Assembly: GCA_964463705.1 (NCBI GenBank)
Contig: CAYXCH010000011.1
Span: 3,473 to 67,472, forward strand
DNA: 64,000 bases
DNA from: an uncultured Pseudobdellovibrionaceae bacterium
Lineage (GTDB): Bacteria; Patescibacteriota; Minisyncoccia; Moranbacterales; GCA-2747515
Direction of reading: 5' to 3'
The notes under the pieces are model-generated. The model was not told the origin of the DNA and did no database searches. It saw only the letters and a list, made by a program, of their open reading frames with translations. Positions 38,563-46,980 of this stretch are shown in pieces. The stretch's first letter is position 1, and every line of letters starts with the position of its first letter. A program made the translations under genes and the position numbers.

Positions 38563-39939
38563 TTACCCGCGGATGATACGAAGAAGTTCGTCTTGCTTTT
38601 CGTGTAGGAGAGCTTCCGTGTCAGCTTCCATATTGAGACGAAGCAGCGGTTCGGTATTTGATGCACGGACATTGAACCACCATCGTTGACCGTGCGGAAC
38701 ACCGTCCCAGTAGCTAATCTTAACACCATCAAGCTCCGAGCATTCACCGTCGCTGTATCGCTCTTTTAGAGTGGCGATAACCGTATCGGGATCATGAACG
38801 GTGGAGTTGATTTCACCACTATGGTAATAGCGGCGCAGGTCTGTCACAAGACGAGAGATGCGTGTACCGGTGCGTGCCATAAGATTGAGAATCGTAAACG
38901 CGGCAAGAGTGGACAGTTCGCCGTTTTTGTTGGCGCGGAAGTAGTAGTGTCCGGATAGCTCACCGGCAAACAGTGCATCGTACTCGCGCATTTGTTCTTT
39001 AATAAACGCATGTCCCACACGACACTCGCGCGCAACACCGCCGGACTCTTCAATCACTTCTTTAACCGCGCGGGAGGATCGCAGGTCATACAGTACGGTA
39101 GCGCCCGGTGTCTCTGTCAGGAGAACGCGCGCCAATAAGCCCGTGATAAGATCCATGGGAATAATTTCGCCGCGTTCGTCCACAAATCCGATGCGGTCCG
39201 CATCTCCATCATACGCAATTCCCAGTGCCGCTCCCGTTTCCACCACGCGGGACCGCAACTCATCCAGTGTTGCGGTATTGAGCGGATTGGCCTCATGTGC
39301 CGTATAGGGATGATCCAGGTCACAGTAGAGCGGTATGACGGTAATGGCGTCACGAAAGCGTTCATATAGGGGTAGTTCCAGTACACCCATGGTATTGGCG
39401 CAATCAATGACGACGGAAAAATGTGCATGTTCAAAGCGTGCAAAGGACGCAATATAATCATAGTACGGTGTGCGAATATCACCATGGCGGACAGCATCGG
39501 TTGGAAGGTCTGTGTCCGTGTTCCGAACTCCATCATGTAGCAGTTGTGTTACGGTCTCACGAACGTCATTCAGTCCACTTTCTCCACCGACGGGTTTTGC
39601 ATCGCGCCGGCAAATCTTAATACCGTTATACTCCGCCGGATTGTGAGAAGCAGTAACGGCAATGGCGCCGTCCACATCGGGAAGATGCCAAGAGGCGAAG
39701 TACAGCATCGGTGTCGTGATCATGCCCAGGTCCACTACACGTCCGCCCGCGTCACAGATGCCACGGATTAACGCAGCATGCAACGCCGGTCCGCTTTCAC
39801 GAGCGTCTCGTCCCACGGCGACAGTGGTAAATCCCAGTGTTGTAACGGCCGCTCGACCAATCGCGTAGACAGTGTCTTCATCAATATCACTCGGATAAAT
39901 ACCCCGAATGTCATACGCTTTAAAAATGGAGGGATTCAT
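38563..39939 (-). CDS. Phosphoglucomutase/phosphomannomutase family protein
   Basis: MNPSIFKAYDIRGIYPSD... with the phosphoserine loop TASHNPAEYNGIK. The size of 458 aa is typical of ManB/Pgm. Confidence 0.88.
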   Translation of the reverse strand: MNPSIFKAYDIRGIYPSDIDEDTVYAIGRAAVTTLGFTTVAVGRDARESGPALHAALIRGICDAGGRVVDLGMITTPMLYFASWHLPDVDGAIAVTASHNPAEYNGIKICRRDAKPVGGESGLNDVRETVTQLLHDGVRNTDTDLPTDAVRHGDIRTPYYDYIASFARFEHAHFSVVIDCANTMGVLELPLYERFRDAITVIPLYCDLDHPYTAHEANPLNTATLDELRSRVVETGAALGIAYDGDADRIGFVDERGEIIPMDLITGLLARVLLTETPGATVLYDLRSSRAVKEVIEESGGVARECRVGHAFIKEQMREYDALFAGELSGHYYFRANKNGELSTLAAFTILNLMARTGTRISRLVTDLRRYYHSGEINSTVHDPDTVIATLKERYSDGECSELDGVKISYWDGVPHGQRWWFNVRASNTEPLLRLNMEADTEALLHEKQDELLRIIRG

Positions 39940-40047
39940 AGGTTATATCTGTAAGAGTTATACTTTCATCATATCACGAAACCCCCTTTGACAAAACGCA
40001 CACCTGCCGTCAGACTGGAGGTACATATGTATTAATGATTATTCTGT

Positions 40048-41097
40048 ATGAAGATTGGAATTGTGGGATTGCCGAATGTGGGGAAGAGTACGCTGTTTAA
40101 GGCGTTGACACGGACGGCGGTGGATATCAATAACTATCCGTTCTGTACGATTGAGCCAAATGTTGGTGTGGTGGAAGTGCCGGATAAGCGATTACATGCA
40201 CTCGCCAATCTCAGCGGCAGTGACAAAACAATTCCCGCGGTGATTGAATTTGTTGATATTGCCGGATTGGTTCGGGGCGCCAGTGCCGGTGAGGGGTTGG
40301 GAAATAAATTTTTACACAATATTCGCGAGGTGGATGCGATTGTCCATGTTGTGCGCATCTTTGCCAATGATACGATTACTCATGTCCATGACCATGTGGA
40401 TCCGCTGCGAGATCGGGAGATTATTGAGACGGAATTGGTACTTGCCGATCTTGCCACAGTAGAGAAAACGATTGAGCGGCTGACGAAGAGGGTGCGTGCG
40501 CAAGACACCGATGCAATGGCGCAGATGGCGGTGGTGGAGCGCATTAAAGAAGCGTTGAATAATGGTGCAATGGCAAACAGCGTAGAACTGGATATGAGTG
40601 ATGAAAATACACGTACCATTGTGCGAGAGATGGCATTGCTGACGGTTAAGCCCATGCTCTACGTTTACAATATGATAGAGGGTGACACAATTCCGGAGGA
40701 GCTTTCCGCTCGGCCACATATTGCGCTGGATATTAAAATAGAGGAAGAGCTTTTAGACATGAGTGCGGAGGATGCGGCGGAGTTGGGTATAACATCTCGG
40801 CTGGATGCATTGATTACCGCCGCCTATGATATTGTCGGTTTGCAAACGTATTTCACTACCGGCCCGGCGGAGACGCGGGCGTGGACAATTCGTCGCGGTG
40901 CAACGGCACCGCAAGCGGCGGGAGTGATTCACACGGATTTTGAGAAGAATTTTATTTGTGCGGAGGTGGTATATTGGGAGGATCTTATAACGCTGGGATC
41001 GCGCAATGCCGCTCGAGAAGCGGGAAAGTTGCATACCGTGGGGAAGGACTATTGTGTGCGTGACGGTGATGTGATGGAGTTTAAGCACGGAGCGTAA
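40048..41097 (+). CDS. ychF: Ribosome-binding ATPase YchF (Obg-family GTPase)
   Basis: MKIGIVGLPNVGKSTLFKALT... The product has a C-terminal TGS domain and is 349 aa long. Confidence 0.9.
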   Translation: MKIGIVGLPNVGKSTLFKALTRTAVDINNYPFCTIEPNVGVVEVPDKRLHALANLSGSDKTIPAVIEFVDIAGLVRGASAGEGLGNKFLHNIREVDAIVHVVRIFANDTITHVHDHVDPLRDREIIETELVLADLATVEKTIERLTKRVRAQDTDAMAQMAVVERIKEALNNGAMANSVELDMSDENTRTIVREMALLTVKPMLYVYNMIEGDTIPEELSARPHIALDIKIEEELLDMSAEDAAELGITSRLDALITAAYDIVGLQTYFTTGPAETRAWTIRRGATAPQAAGVIHTDFEKNFICAEVVYWEDLITLGSRNAAREAGKLHTVGKDYCVRDGDVMEFKHGA

Positions 41098-41180
41098 AGT
41101 GCTGATACTTGACATATGTTTAAAGTATGGTAGAGTTGTTTTTGCGGTAATGTTGCCGCGAAACCTCAAGGAGGGGTAAA

Positions 41181-41261
41181 ATGAATTTTGATAGAATTTT
41201 TGGAGCGCTCCTGCTGCTATATGCAGCAGGAGCGCTCCACTCCTGCGTCCCGCCGTTGTAG
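41181..41261 (+). other. Small ORF (26 aa, MNFDRIFGALLLLYAAGALHSCVPPL) with a strong RBS, encoded across two perfect long hairpins. It may be a leader or small peptide, or non-coding structured RNA.
   Basis: The RBS AAGGAGG lies 6 nt before the ATG. A TTGACA-16-TAGAGT promoter-like sequence sits at about 41111-41138. The ORF body forms a 16-bp hairpin (41202-41238) and a 15-bp hairpin (41240-41277), with the stop codon in the second loop. Confidence 0.25.
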
Positions 41262-41277
41262 GGGCGGGACGCAGGAG

Positions 41278-41318
41278 AAAACCGCGCGGGAGATCACAAT
41301 TCTCTCGCGCGGTTTTTT
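41278..41318. terminator. Bidirectional intrinsic terminator
   Basis: AAAACCGCGCGGGAGA-tcacaat-TCTCTCGCGCGGTTTTTT. The stop codon of the minus-strand SET-domain gene lies in the T-run. Confidence 0.65.
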
Positions 41319-41751
41319 ACTGTGTGGAGCAATGAGTACAGCGGCAGCCATGCGGGGCAATAAAATCCGCAACATACTCTTCTCCATAGTCATAGGTGAG
41401 TTCTTCTCCCGGAGCAATATCTCGAAGTGCGTAAATCATAACCTTTTTATCTCCGTTCTCGTATTCTTCAATAATCGCCTCACAGTTTGGGTCACAAGAA
41501 TGATTCATGTAGCGTGCAATATGGCGGCGCGGTGTACCATCAAGTGTAAGATTATCATCTACGTAGAATAAATATTTTCCACCCTTACGGTCCGCTTCTT
41601 CGGTTGTAAGTGGTTCACCGGTATATTCAATAACAAAATCACCTTTGCGGAACGCATCAATTGCAAACAGTCCAAGCCCGGCTGATGCGCGTTTTACGAT
41701 GCAGTTACCCCACTGTTTATTTGCTCTTGTCATCAGGATGCAAACAATCAT
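41317..41751 (-). CDS. SET-domain protein (lysine methyltransferase fold)
   Basis: The product contains GLGLFAIDAFRKGDFVIEYTGE, YMNHSCDPNCE and ELTYDYG, plus a C-terminal post-SET Cys cluster (CRCTHC). The start at 41751 is preceded by a good RBS, AAGGGGGG. Confidence 0.8.
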   Translation of the reverse strand: MIVCILMTRANKQWGNCIVKRASAGLGLFAIDAFRKGDFVIEYTGEPLTTEEADRKGGKYLFYVDDNLTLDGTPRRHIARYMNHSCDPNCEAIIEEYENGDKKVMIYALRDIAPGEELTYDYGEEYVADFIAPHGCRCTHCSTQ

Positions 41752-41959
41752 TGTTTCCCCCCTTCTTCGTTGCAGTTCTCTCCCGCAATTTCCTGCCTTT
41801 CTCAAGAATACTGTCAATGGTATTTTCTTGTTCTTGCCCCGGACGTTCACAGCGACGACATGCATTTTTCATTAGTATTTCCCGATAGACCTTCGGTGAT
41901 ATCTCCATACGTGTTATGGTTATTCTTATGTTAAAATGGTAGCATAAGTCGCCAAGAAT

Positions 41960-42682
41960 TTGCAAATGAAACACCGTATTCGTCACCATGTTAATCCGCT
42001 GGGAATTTTGACGCAACACCGGTTTGCGGGATTCGGTGATACAAAGGATATTATTGTGGACATCGGTGCGTATAAGGGGGAGTTTGTGGCGGCGTTGTTG
42101 GAGCGATTTCCGCAGTATAATTACATTGTGATGGAAGTGCGCGCGCGAGTGGCACAGCGTCTAAAGGAGCGATTTGCCGATCATGACAATGTCGCAGTGT
42201 TTGATGGAGATGGAACGCGTAACTTTCACACGGTTGTTAAGCCGTGTCAAGATGCCGGGGCGTTTGTGCGAGAAATTTATATCAATTTCCCCGATCCGTG
42301 GCTCAAAAAACGTCATAAGAAACGTCGAATTATCACGCAGCGTTTTTTGCAAGACACCGCGCAGTGGATTGATCCGCGAACAACGTGGATTTTTCAAACC
42401 GATCAGAAGAGTGTTTTTGATGATACGGTGGAAATTTTGCAAACGTTGGGATATGCATACGAGCGATTCACCGCACCACCATACGGTATTACCACCGATT
42501 GGGAAGATGCACAAACAGCGCGCGGGGCAACCATTTATCGATTACGATTTTGGGTGGGAGTGCCGGATCACATCCCGACTCGTCGGTCAGTTGTTACTCG
42601 CTTGGGAGATGCGGCGGTGGGTGCCATGGCAAGTATCATGATACGCGTACTGTACTATTTCCGAGCGGATGATGGACACTGA
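41960..42682 (+). CDS. trmB: tRNA (guanine46-N7)-methyltransferase
   Basis: ...YINFPDPWLKKRHKKRRII... is the TrmB signature. The product also has a SAM-binding fold. Confidence 0.85.
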   Translation: MQMKHRIRHHVNPLGILTQHRFAGFGDTKDIIVDIGAYKGEFVAALLERFPQYNYIVMEVRARVAQRLKERFADHDNVAVFDGDGTRNFHTVVKPCQDAGAFVREIYINFPDPWLKKRHKKRRIITQRFLQDTAQWIDPRTTWIFQTDQKSVFDDTVEILQTLGYAYERFTAPPYGITTDWEDAQTARGATIYRLRFWVGVPDHIPTRRSVVTRLGDAAVGAMASIMIRVLYYFRADDGH

Positions 42683-42873
42683 GAGAACATATGCTCCATA
42701 ACGGTTGGCGAAGGGGACGTCTTTTGATATACTGAAAGAAACATGTAATTTATTGATAAGAACATTATGAGTCTTCGGGGAAATAAAACGGCACGGCTGG
42801 CAGTGATTGTCATTCTACTGCTTATCGCCATTGCATTGTTTGTCATGATTCAACCGGCATAAATAGTATATAT

Positions 42874-43254
42874 ATGAATATTCCAAAAATTACCGTAGAT
42901 AAGCGTATCTATAAGTGGATCAAAGGCGGTCTGGGTGTCATCATCGCATTGTTGGTGGCGGCACTGGGACTGGAAGCGACGAATAACGATTTTGATTTGG
43001 GTGCGCTGCTTTCCGGCAAGGGATTGCAGGGCTCAAAGGTATTGCGAGACGCGGATGGAAATATCAATTTTGACGGTGTCTCCCCGCTAATCGCCAATTG
43101 CGAGGCGGATACGTATAATTGTGATGATTTTCTGTATCAGGCACAAGCACAAGACGTATTTGAACGGTGTGGCGGTGTTGGCAAGGACATTAACGGCTTG
43201 GATCGTGACGGTGATGGTGTGGCATGTGAAAGTTTGCCACAGGGTGCACAATAA
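42874..43254 (+). CDS. Membrane-anchored Excalibur calcium-binding domain protein
   Basis: An N-terminal TM segment (GLGVIIALLVAALGL) is followed by a C-terminal DCDDF...DINGLDRDGDGVACESL. This matches the Excalibur DxDxDGxxCE motif. Confidence 0.65.
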   Translation: MNIPKITVDKRIYKWIKGGLGVIIALLVAALGLEATNNDFDLGALLSGKGLQGSKVLRDADGNINFDGVSPLIANCEADTYNCDDFLYQAQAQDVFERCGGVGKDINGLDRDGDGVACESLPQGAQ

Positions 43255-43373
43255 TAACAGCAGTAGCAAGTTAGGCGCGATCGGAAGGTTGACAAGGAGC
43301 AAATATGTTGTATGATAACATGTTTGCATCTCTCCTACGGGTGAGTTTTATTTGGTAGAGAATATTATTCGGT

Positions 43374-44795
43374 ATGCAGAATCCATTAAAGAAGACCAAG
43401 ATCGTGATGACGATCGGGCCGGCATCCGATGCGCCGAATATATTGGATACACTTATTGCCGACGGTGTTAATGTTGTGCGGTTTAATTTTTCTCATGGAG
43501 ATCATGCACAGCATGAGCGACGAATGCGTCGGGTCCGTGCGGCGGCACGACGAGCAAAGAAACACATTGCGCTGTTACAAGATCTTGGTGGACCGAAAAT
43601 TCGTATTGGTGATTTCGCTAACGGAGAGATTACATTAACGGAAGGGGATCGATTTGTTTTATCTACCCGTGCCTGTACGGGAGATGATGAGCGAGTGTAT
43701 TGCAACTATCGGTCATTGCCACGGGAGGTGACAACGGGTCAGATTATCTTATTGGATGATGGAACAAAGCGCTTGCGTGTAGAACGAACAACGCCGACGG
43801 AGGTAATCACACGAGTGGAAGTTGGTGGGCGAATTCGTTCTCGTCGCGGTGTCAATGTGCCGGGAGCGCATTTGCGAGTCAGTTCATTAACGGCAAAAGA
43901 TAAGCGAGATGTAGAGTTCGGTGTTCGAATGGATGTGGACTTCTTCGCATTGTCATTTGTGCGAAGCGCACGGGACGTTCGGCAATTACGACGGATATTG
44001 GTACGTCATGGCAGTGCGGCACATATTATTGCAAAGATTGAGACACAGGAGGCGCTGGATGATATTGATGCAATTATTGCCGAGGCGGACGGCATTATGG
44101 TGGCGCGCGGAGACTTGGCGGTGGAAGTGCCCGCTCCCAGTGTTCCGCACCATCAGAAGGCGATTATTGCCAAATGCAATCGCGTGGGAAAACCGGTAAT
44201 TGTAGCAACGCAAATGTTGGAGAGTATGATTGTCGCGCCGGTGCCGACACGGGCGGAAGTGGCGGATGTGACCAATGCGATTTTGGATGGTGCCGATGCG
44301 GTGATGCTTAGCGCTGAAACCGCCATCGGGGAGTATCCTCAGGCGGCGGTTCGTGTTATGCGTGATGTTGCCCTGCGAACGGAGCGCGATATGTCGTATC
44401 AGATGATTACCGATGATGCAAAGCATGCGGCACGAACGGTAAATGCCGTGGCGCGAAGTGTTACGCAAACGGCGGATGATATTGGTGCGGCAGCGATTAT
44501 CGCACTGACGGAATCCGGATTTACCGCGCGAAAGATTGCCCGATATCGCCCACAACAACCAATTATCGCATTATCGCCGCATGAGCGTGTATGTCGACAG
44601 TTAATGCTTTCGTTCGGGTGTTATCCGCGACGACTGACGCAGGAGCCGGATCGATTGTCTCATGTTGCCGCGCAGGCGGGAACCATTGTGTTACGGGAGC
44701 GGTTAGCACGCCGGTCGGATCGTATCGTTATCGTGGCGGGAATTCCGTTTGGTCGTTCCGGGACAACCAACGTGATGTACGTTGAAACGGTATGA
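43374..44795 (+). CDS. pyk: Pyruvate kinase
   Basis: MQNPLKKTKIVMTIGPAS... NFSHG... The 473-aa product is pyruvate-kinase-like along its full length. Confidence 0.92.
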   Translation: MQNPLKKTKIVMTIGPASDAPNILDTLIADGVNVVRFNFSHGDHAQHERRMRRVRAAARRAKKHIALLQDLGGPKIRIGDFANGEITLTEGDRFVLSTRACTGDDERVYCNYRSLPREVTTGQIILLDDGTKRLRVERTTPTEVITRVEVGGRIRSRRGVNVPGAHLRVSSLTAKDKRDVEFGVRMDVDFFALSFVRSARDVRQLRRILVRHGSAAHIIAKIETQEALDDIDAIIAEADGIMVARGDLAVEVPAPSVPHHQKAIIAKCNRVGKPVIVATQMLESMIVAPVPTRAEVADVTNAILDGADAVMLSAETAIGEYPQAAVRVMRDVALRTERDMSYQMITDDAKHAARTVNAVARSVTQTADDIGAAAIIALTESGFTARKIARYRPQQPIIALSPHERVCRQLMLSFGCYPRRLTQEPDRLSHVAAQAGTIVLRERLARRSDRIVIVAGIPFGRSGTTNVMYVETV

Positions 44796-46225
44796 AGCGT
44801 GCCGATTTAAAAGGAAAGAAGATAACGGTGTTTGGACTGGGCTTGCACGGTGGCGGTGTGGATACGGTGCGGTTTCTGGTTCGGTGTGGAGCGCAGGTGA
44901 CGGTAACCGATATTAAGACACGGGAAACATTGGCGCCATCGTTGGAGCGATTACGTTCATGCAAGGGTGTAACGTATGTATTGGGGCAGCATCGTGTAGA
45001 GGATTTTACACGGGCGGACATGGTGATTAAGACACCGGCAGTTCCATGGAACAATAAGCATGTACAAATGGCAATAGATCACGGTGTGCCGGTGTATGTG
45101 GACATTTCTTTATTCTTTTTATTATATGGACGAGATGTGATCGGTATTACCGGTACGAAGGGAAAGAGCAGTACATCACAGTTTATTGTACAGTTGTTGC
45201 GTGCCGCATCGTTAGATCCGCAACCGGTTGGTGTATCACAACATCCGGTGTTGGGTGCGCTGTCCAAGCTTTCCGCCCGTGGTACGGTGGCGGTGTGTGA
45301 ATTGTCCAGTTGGCGGTGCGCGGCGTTACATCGTATCGCTCGTTCTCCTCGTATTGCCGTAGTGACCAATATTTTGCCGGATCATCGTGATTATTATAAG
45401 ACTCTTGAGGAGTATGCACGTGATAAGTATGCAATTACCGAACATCAAAAGCGGGGTGATGTATTGATTATTAATGCTGATGATCCCGTTCTGTCCCGCT
45501 GGGAAACGCAGGCAAATGTGATACGGTATTCTCGGAAACATATTCCGGATGGTCCGGCGGTATTTATTAAACATGACATCATATATGAGCGTACGGAAGA
45601 TGCAACGATTGAAGTATGCGCATTGAGCGATGTCCCACTTTCCGGCGCACATAATCATGAGAACTTTTTGGCAGCGGTGGCCGCCGTACGAGCATTTGGT
45701 GTTCGCATTACACAAATCCGGGCGGCGTTGGATACAATACATTTGCCGGAGCATCGTGCGGAAGTTGTGGCGCAGAAAAGTGGAGTAACGTATATTAATG
45801 ACACCGCCGCCACCATTCCCGATGCGGCGATTGCCACGCTGGCGGCGCAGGAGGGGCGGGTAGTCTGGATTGGTGGTGGATCAGATAAGGGGGTGGATTA
45901 TACGGAACTGGCGCTGTTGCTGGCGCAGCAAGTGCGGGGAATTGTGTTATTTCGCGGAACAGCGAGTGATAAAATCATTGCGGCACTTCGACATCATCAC
46001 CGGACGCCGGATGCTGTTGTGGACACAATGGAAGATGCCGTTGCGGCGGCGCAATCACTGGCGCATTCCGGTGATTGTGTGGTGTTATCTCCGGGTGCGG
46101 CAAGTTTCGGATTATTTGCGCATGAGTTTGATCGCGGTGAGCAGTTTCGTGCAATTGTTCATGCGTTGCCGGAAGCAGATGTTTCATCTGATGAAATATA
46201 CGATGATTGTTCAAATAAGAGTTGA
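44792..46225 (+). CDS. murD: UDP-N-acetylmuramoyl-L-alanine--D-glutamate ligase
   Basis: KKITVFGLGLHGGG... (GLGxSG-like) ...IGITGTKGKSSTS is the Mur ligase P-loop. The start overlaps the pyk stop in a 4-nt overlap. Confidence 0.8.
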   Translation: MKRADLKGKKITVFGLGLHGGGVDTVRFLVRCGAQVTVTDIKTRETLAPSLERLRSCKGVTYVLGQHRVEDFTRADMVIKTPAVPWNNKHVQMAIDHGVPVYVDISLFFLLYGRDVIGITGTKGKSSTSQFIVQLLRAASLDPQPVGVSQHPVLGALSKLSARGTVAVCELSSWRCAALHRIARSPRIAVVTNILPDHRDYYKTLEEYARDKYAITEHQKRGDVLIINADDPVLSRWETQANVIRYSRKHIPDGPAVFIKHDIIYERTEDATIEVCALSDVPLSGAHNHENFLAAVAAVRAFGVRITQIRAALDTIHLPEHRAEVVAQKSGVTYINDTAATIPDAAIATLAAQEGRVVWIGGGSDKGVDYTELALLLAQQVRGIVLFRGTASDKIIAALRHHHRTPDAVVDTMEDAVAAAQSLAHSGDCVVLSPGAASFGLFAHEFDRGEQFRAIVHALPEADVSSDEIYDDCSNKS

Positions 46226-46283
46226 CAATTTTTTGCTTTCCACCTAAGATGATTGTTAGTTGCTGACAGCGAATATTGCGTAT

Positions 46284-46357
46284 GGGCCCGTAGCTCAGTT
46301 GGCTAGAGCACTGGTTTTGCACTCCAGAGGTCACCGGTTCGAATCCGGTCGGGTCCA
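46284..46357 (+). tRNA. tRNA-Ala (anticodon TGC)
   Basis: The acceptor stem GGGCCCG has the G3:U70 alanine identity pair. The anticodon loop is TTTGCAC and the T-loop is TTCGAAT. Confidence 0.85.
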
Positions 46358-46370
46358 CACAATGTATATC

Positions 46371-46444
46371 GGGTGTGTAGCTCAGCTGGTTAGAGCACTT
46401 CACTGATAATGAAGAGGTCGGAGGTTCAAGTCCTCCCACACCCA
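46371..46444 (+). tRNA. tRNA-Ile (anticodon GAT)
   Basis: The acceptor stem is GGGTGTG/CACACCC. The anticodon stem-loop is CTTCA-CTGATAA-TGAAG and the T-loop is TTCAAGT. Confidence 0.85.
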
Positions 46445-46629
46445 CAGGCGCCGCATATCGCGGTGTTTTATTATGGCGTCGCCGATGGATTTATAAATTA
46501 AAGGAGGTGGTTTGACAGAGGGTATCTATCACCTCTGTTGGGCTTGCGCTTTTTTTATTGGGGTGCTAAGATGTCGTAATGCTGTGTTGCAGCAGATCGC
46601 GCACGCGTATTTTTTTATAGGAAAAAACT

Positions 46630-46974
46630 ATGTCGCAGCAGTCAGTGAATACGGATACATCCGCGCGCAAATCATCTCATCTTGATGCTATTCTTGCAGC
46701 GGAATCGGCGGCGGAAGAGACGATTGCCGCTGCACGATCCGAGGCGAAAGAAATTGTTACCCGCGCCCGTGCCCGCGCCGAGGACATCATCGCGCAGTGT
46801 ACGGAAGATAGTACTCGTGCCGCTGAGCGTGCCCGAGCGGCGAAAGAGCAAAGTGTGGCACGAATGGTGGAGGAATTGTTGACAGACGCACGTGCGGAGG
46901 CGGAGCGTATTCGTGAGCAAGCGGATCACGCGGCGATTGTTGCGGCGATGCGATCAGTAATTGTACAAGACTAG
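46630..46974 (+). CDS. A/V-type ATPase peripheral-stalk subunit G/H (small Ala/Glu-rich coiled-coil protein)
   Basis: The 114-aa product is Ala/Glu/Arg-rich and predicted helical. It is the first gene of the operon, the same position as Thermus atpG. Confidence 0.55.
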   Translation: MSQQSVNTDTSARKSSHLDAILAAESAAEETIAAARSEAKEIVTRARARAEDIIAQCTEDSTRAAERARAAKEQSVARMVEELLTDARAEAERIREQADHAAIVAAMRSVIVQD

Positions 46975-46980
46975 ACGGAT

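Noticed and set aside
41188-41571. Track ORF of 127 aa (MIEFLERSCCYMQQERS...)
   Set aside because: It is in a different frame from the RBS-positioned ATG at 41181. It runs through three hairpins and the bidirectional terminator and into the antisense of the SET gene. It is almost certainly spurious.
41717-42019. Minus-strand ORF of 100 aa spanning the trmB start and the SET/trmB intergenic region
   Set aside because: The full-length version overlaps the 5' end of trmB antisense. Only the internal 51-codon portion starting MKNAC is plausible, and it is mentioned under findings as speculative.
45975-46445. Minus-strand ORF of 156 aa overlapping both tRNA genes
   Set aside because: Its translation (…GLEPPTSSLSVKCSNQLSYTP…GFEPVTSGV…) is the classic protein-like artefact of reading tRNA genes antisense. 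The tRNA-Ala and tRNA-Ile calls explain the region.
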